Below, in pieces: positions 62,451-64,000 of a stretch of DNA of 64,000 nt. The notes below the pieces were generated by a model. It searched no databases. It was not told where the DNA came from and saw only the letters and a list, made by a program, of their open reading frames with translations. Every line of letters begins with the position of its first letter. The stretch's first letter is position 1. The translations under genes and the position numbers were made by a program. Source of the stretch: an uncultured delta proteobacterium (lineage in GTDB: Bacteria; Desulfobacterota; WTBG01; CAIYCZ01); contig CAWDOY010000054.1 of the NCBI GenBank assembly GCA_963803975.1, positions 64,001 through 128,000 on the forward strand, in the 5' to 3' direction.

Positions 62451-64000
62451 TCAGACAGCGGATTGTTCGCATCAACGATATCCTTGACCAGGTCAGCACC
62501 TATTATAAGGAGGCTGACCTCGGTCTCATTGAAAAGGCCTATGTCTATTCGGCCAAGGTCCATCACGGTCAGACCCGTCTTTCCGGAGAACCCTACCTGA
62601 ACCACCCCATGTCGGTGGCGAAAATACTCTCCGATTTGCGGCTCGATGAATACAGCATCGCCACCGGGCTGCTGCATGATACGGTGGAGGATACCTACGC
62701 AACACTCGAGGAGATTGAGTCCCTGTTTGGCAAAGAAGTATGCTCCCTGGTTGACGGGGTTACCAAGATCAGTAAAATTGCCTTTGACAGCCATGTTGAC
62801 CAGCGGGCAGATAATTTCCGCAAAATAATTCTTGCCATGTCACGGGATATCAGGGTCATCCTGGTGAAGCTTGCTGACCGGCTGCACAACATGAGGACAC
62901 TGAACTTCCTTCCTGCCGAGAGGCAGCGCCAGCTGTCCGAGGAGACCAGGGATATTTATGCGCCCCTGGCCGGCCGCCTGGGAATCTTTTTAATCAAGAG
63001 TGAGCTTGAGGACCTGTGCCTGAGCTACCTGCAGCCCGAGGCATCCCGGGAGATCGAGGAAAAGCTTGTCATCACGGCTGCAGACCGGGAAAAGTATGTG
63101 GGTGAAGTGGTGCAGATACTGGATGAAAAGCTGCGGCAGTTCGGCATCCAGGCGCGGGTGCTGGGGCGGCCCAAGCATGTGTACAGCATCTATAACAAGA
63201 TGTTTCTGCAGAATCTTGACTTCAGCCAGATTTATGACCTCATCGCGTTCCGGGTGATCGTGCCAGCGCGGCGCGACTGCTATGAAGTGCTGGGCATCAT
63301 TCACTCCATCTGGACACCGGTGCCGGGACGGTTTAAAGACTACATCTCCATGCCCAAGGCCAACCGGTACCAGTCGCTGCACACCACGGTCATCGGGCCG
63401 TACGGGCAGCGTATTGAGATACAGATCAGGACCGAGGAGATGAACAGCATTGCTGAAGAGGGCATTGCCGCGCACTGGAAGTACAAAGAGGGCAGACGCA
63501 TCGAGCAGAAGGATGATCAGCGCTTTGCCTGGCTGCACCAGCTCATGGAATGGCAGAAGGAGCTGAAAGACCCGCGCGAGTTTCTGGAGACGGTGCGCAT
63601 CGACCTGTTTCCCAATGAGGTGTATGTGTTTACCCCCAAGGGTGCGGTGTTTGAATTTCCTGCCGGCTCAACACCGGTTGATTTTGCCTATCGCATTCAC
63701 TCGGAAATCGGCCACCGCTGCGTCGGCGCAAAAGTGAACGGCAAGCTGGTGCCCCTGAAATACCAGCTCAAAAGCGGGGATGTACTGGAGATACTGACCC
63801 TGCCCAGTCATCACCCCAGCAAGGACTGGCTCAAGTTTGTCAAAACCTCCCGCGCCAAAACAAAAATCAACCAGTGGATACGTTCTCAGGAGCGTGAGTC
63901 AAGCGTTGCCCTGGGCCGGGAGATCTGTGAACGGGAGCTTGCCCGGCATGAGATCAGCTTCGCAAAAATAGTGCGCGCGGGGGAATTGCTTAAAATTGCG
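62447..64000 (+). CDS. spoT: Bifunctional (p)ppGpp synthetase/hydrolase, 3' end outside window
   Basis: My translation from ATG 62447: SGEPYLNHP, LLHDTVED, KLADRLHNMRTL, GRPKH, YQSLHT, EIQIRT, AAHWKYKEG, TPVDFAY. Confidence 0.94.
   Translation, partial: MIRQRIVRINDILDQVSTYYKEADLGLIEKAYVYSAKVHHGQTRLSGEPYLNHPMSVAKILSDLRLDEYSIATGLLHDTVEDTYATLEEIESLFGKEVCSLVDGVTKISKIAFDSHVDQRADNFRKIILAMSRDIRVILVKLADRLHNMRTLNFLPAERQRQLSEETRDIYAPLAGRLGIFLIKSELEDLCLSYLQPEASREIEEKLVITAADREKYVGEVVQILDEKLRQFGIQARVLGRPKHVYSIYNKMFLQNLDFSQIYDLIAFRVIVPARRDCYEVLGIIHSIWTPVPGRFKDYISMPKANRYQSLHTTVIGPYGQRIEIQIRTEEMNSIAEEGIAAHWKYKEGRRIEQKDDQRFAWLHQLMEWQKELKDPREFLETVRIDLFPNEVYVFTPKGAVFEFPAGSTPVDFAYRIHSEIGHRCVGAKVNGKLVPLKYQLKSGDVLEILTLPSHHPSKDWLKFVKTSRAKTKINQWIRSQERESSVALGREICERELARHEISFAKIVRAGELLKIA

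Overview
Mostly core chromosome of a Gram-negative anaerobe; gene order and content suggest a Desulfobacterota-like deltaproteobacterium (inference). It holds the end of a P-type ATPase, an HTH-HD-GYP/DUF151 pair, pcm, mrcA-yraN-rnhB-rplS-trmD-khpA-rpsP (no rimM), yjbQ-phoH-7TM/HD-ybeY, thi4, a secreted PKD protein, ferritin and an NDP-sugar dehydrogenase. A carboxylic-acid cluster follows (sdhAB, two-subunit aconitase-family hydratase, citrate synthase, transcarboxylase-like genes), then a small toxin-antitoxin-rich accessory patch (about 30.75-34.3 kb). The rest is thpR-recA-recX-alaS, bamD, glmU-glmS, a core (MesB-like) methionine synthase, an IS1202/ISNCY element with a 17-bp target duplication, kdsADC-lptCAB-rpoN-hpf-ptsN-rapZ-EIIA, rimI-pyrK-pyrD-ispG-proS and the 5' part of relA/spoT. 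About a dozen genes between 10.9 and 45.9 kb carry single-base frameshifts, probably long-read errors. Intergenic DNA is rich in MITEs, REP-like pairs and 7-9-mer periodic inverted repeats. No rRNA, tRNA or CRISPR array was recognised. All product calls come from recognising motifs by eye; no database search was run.
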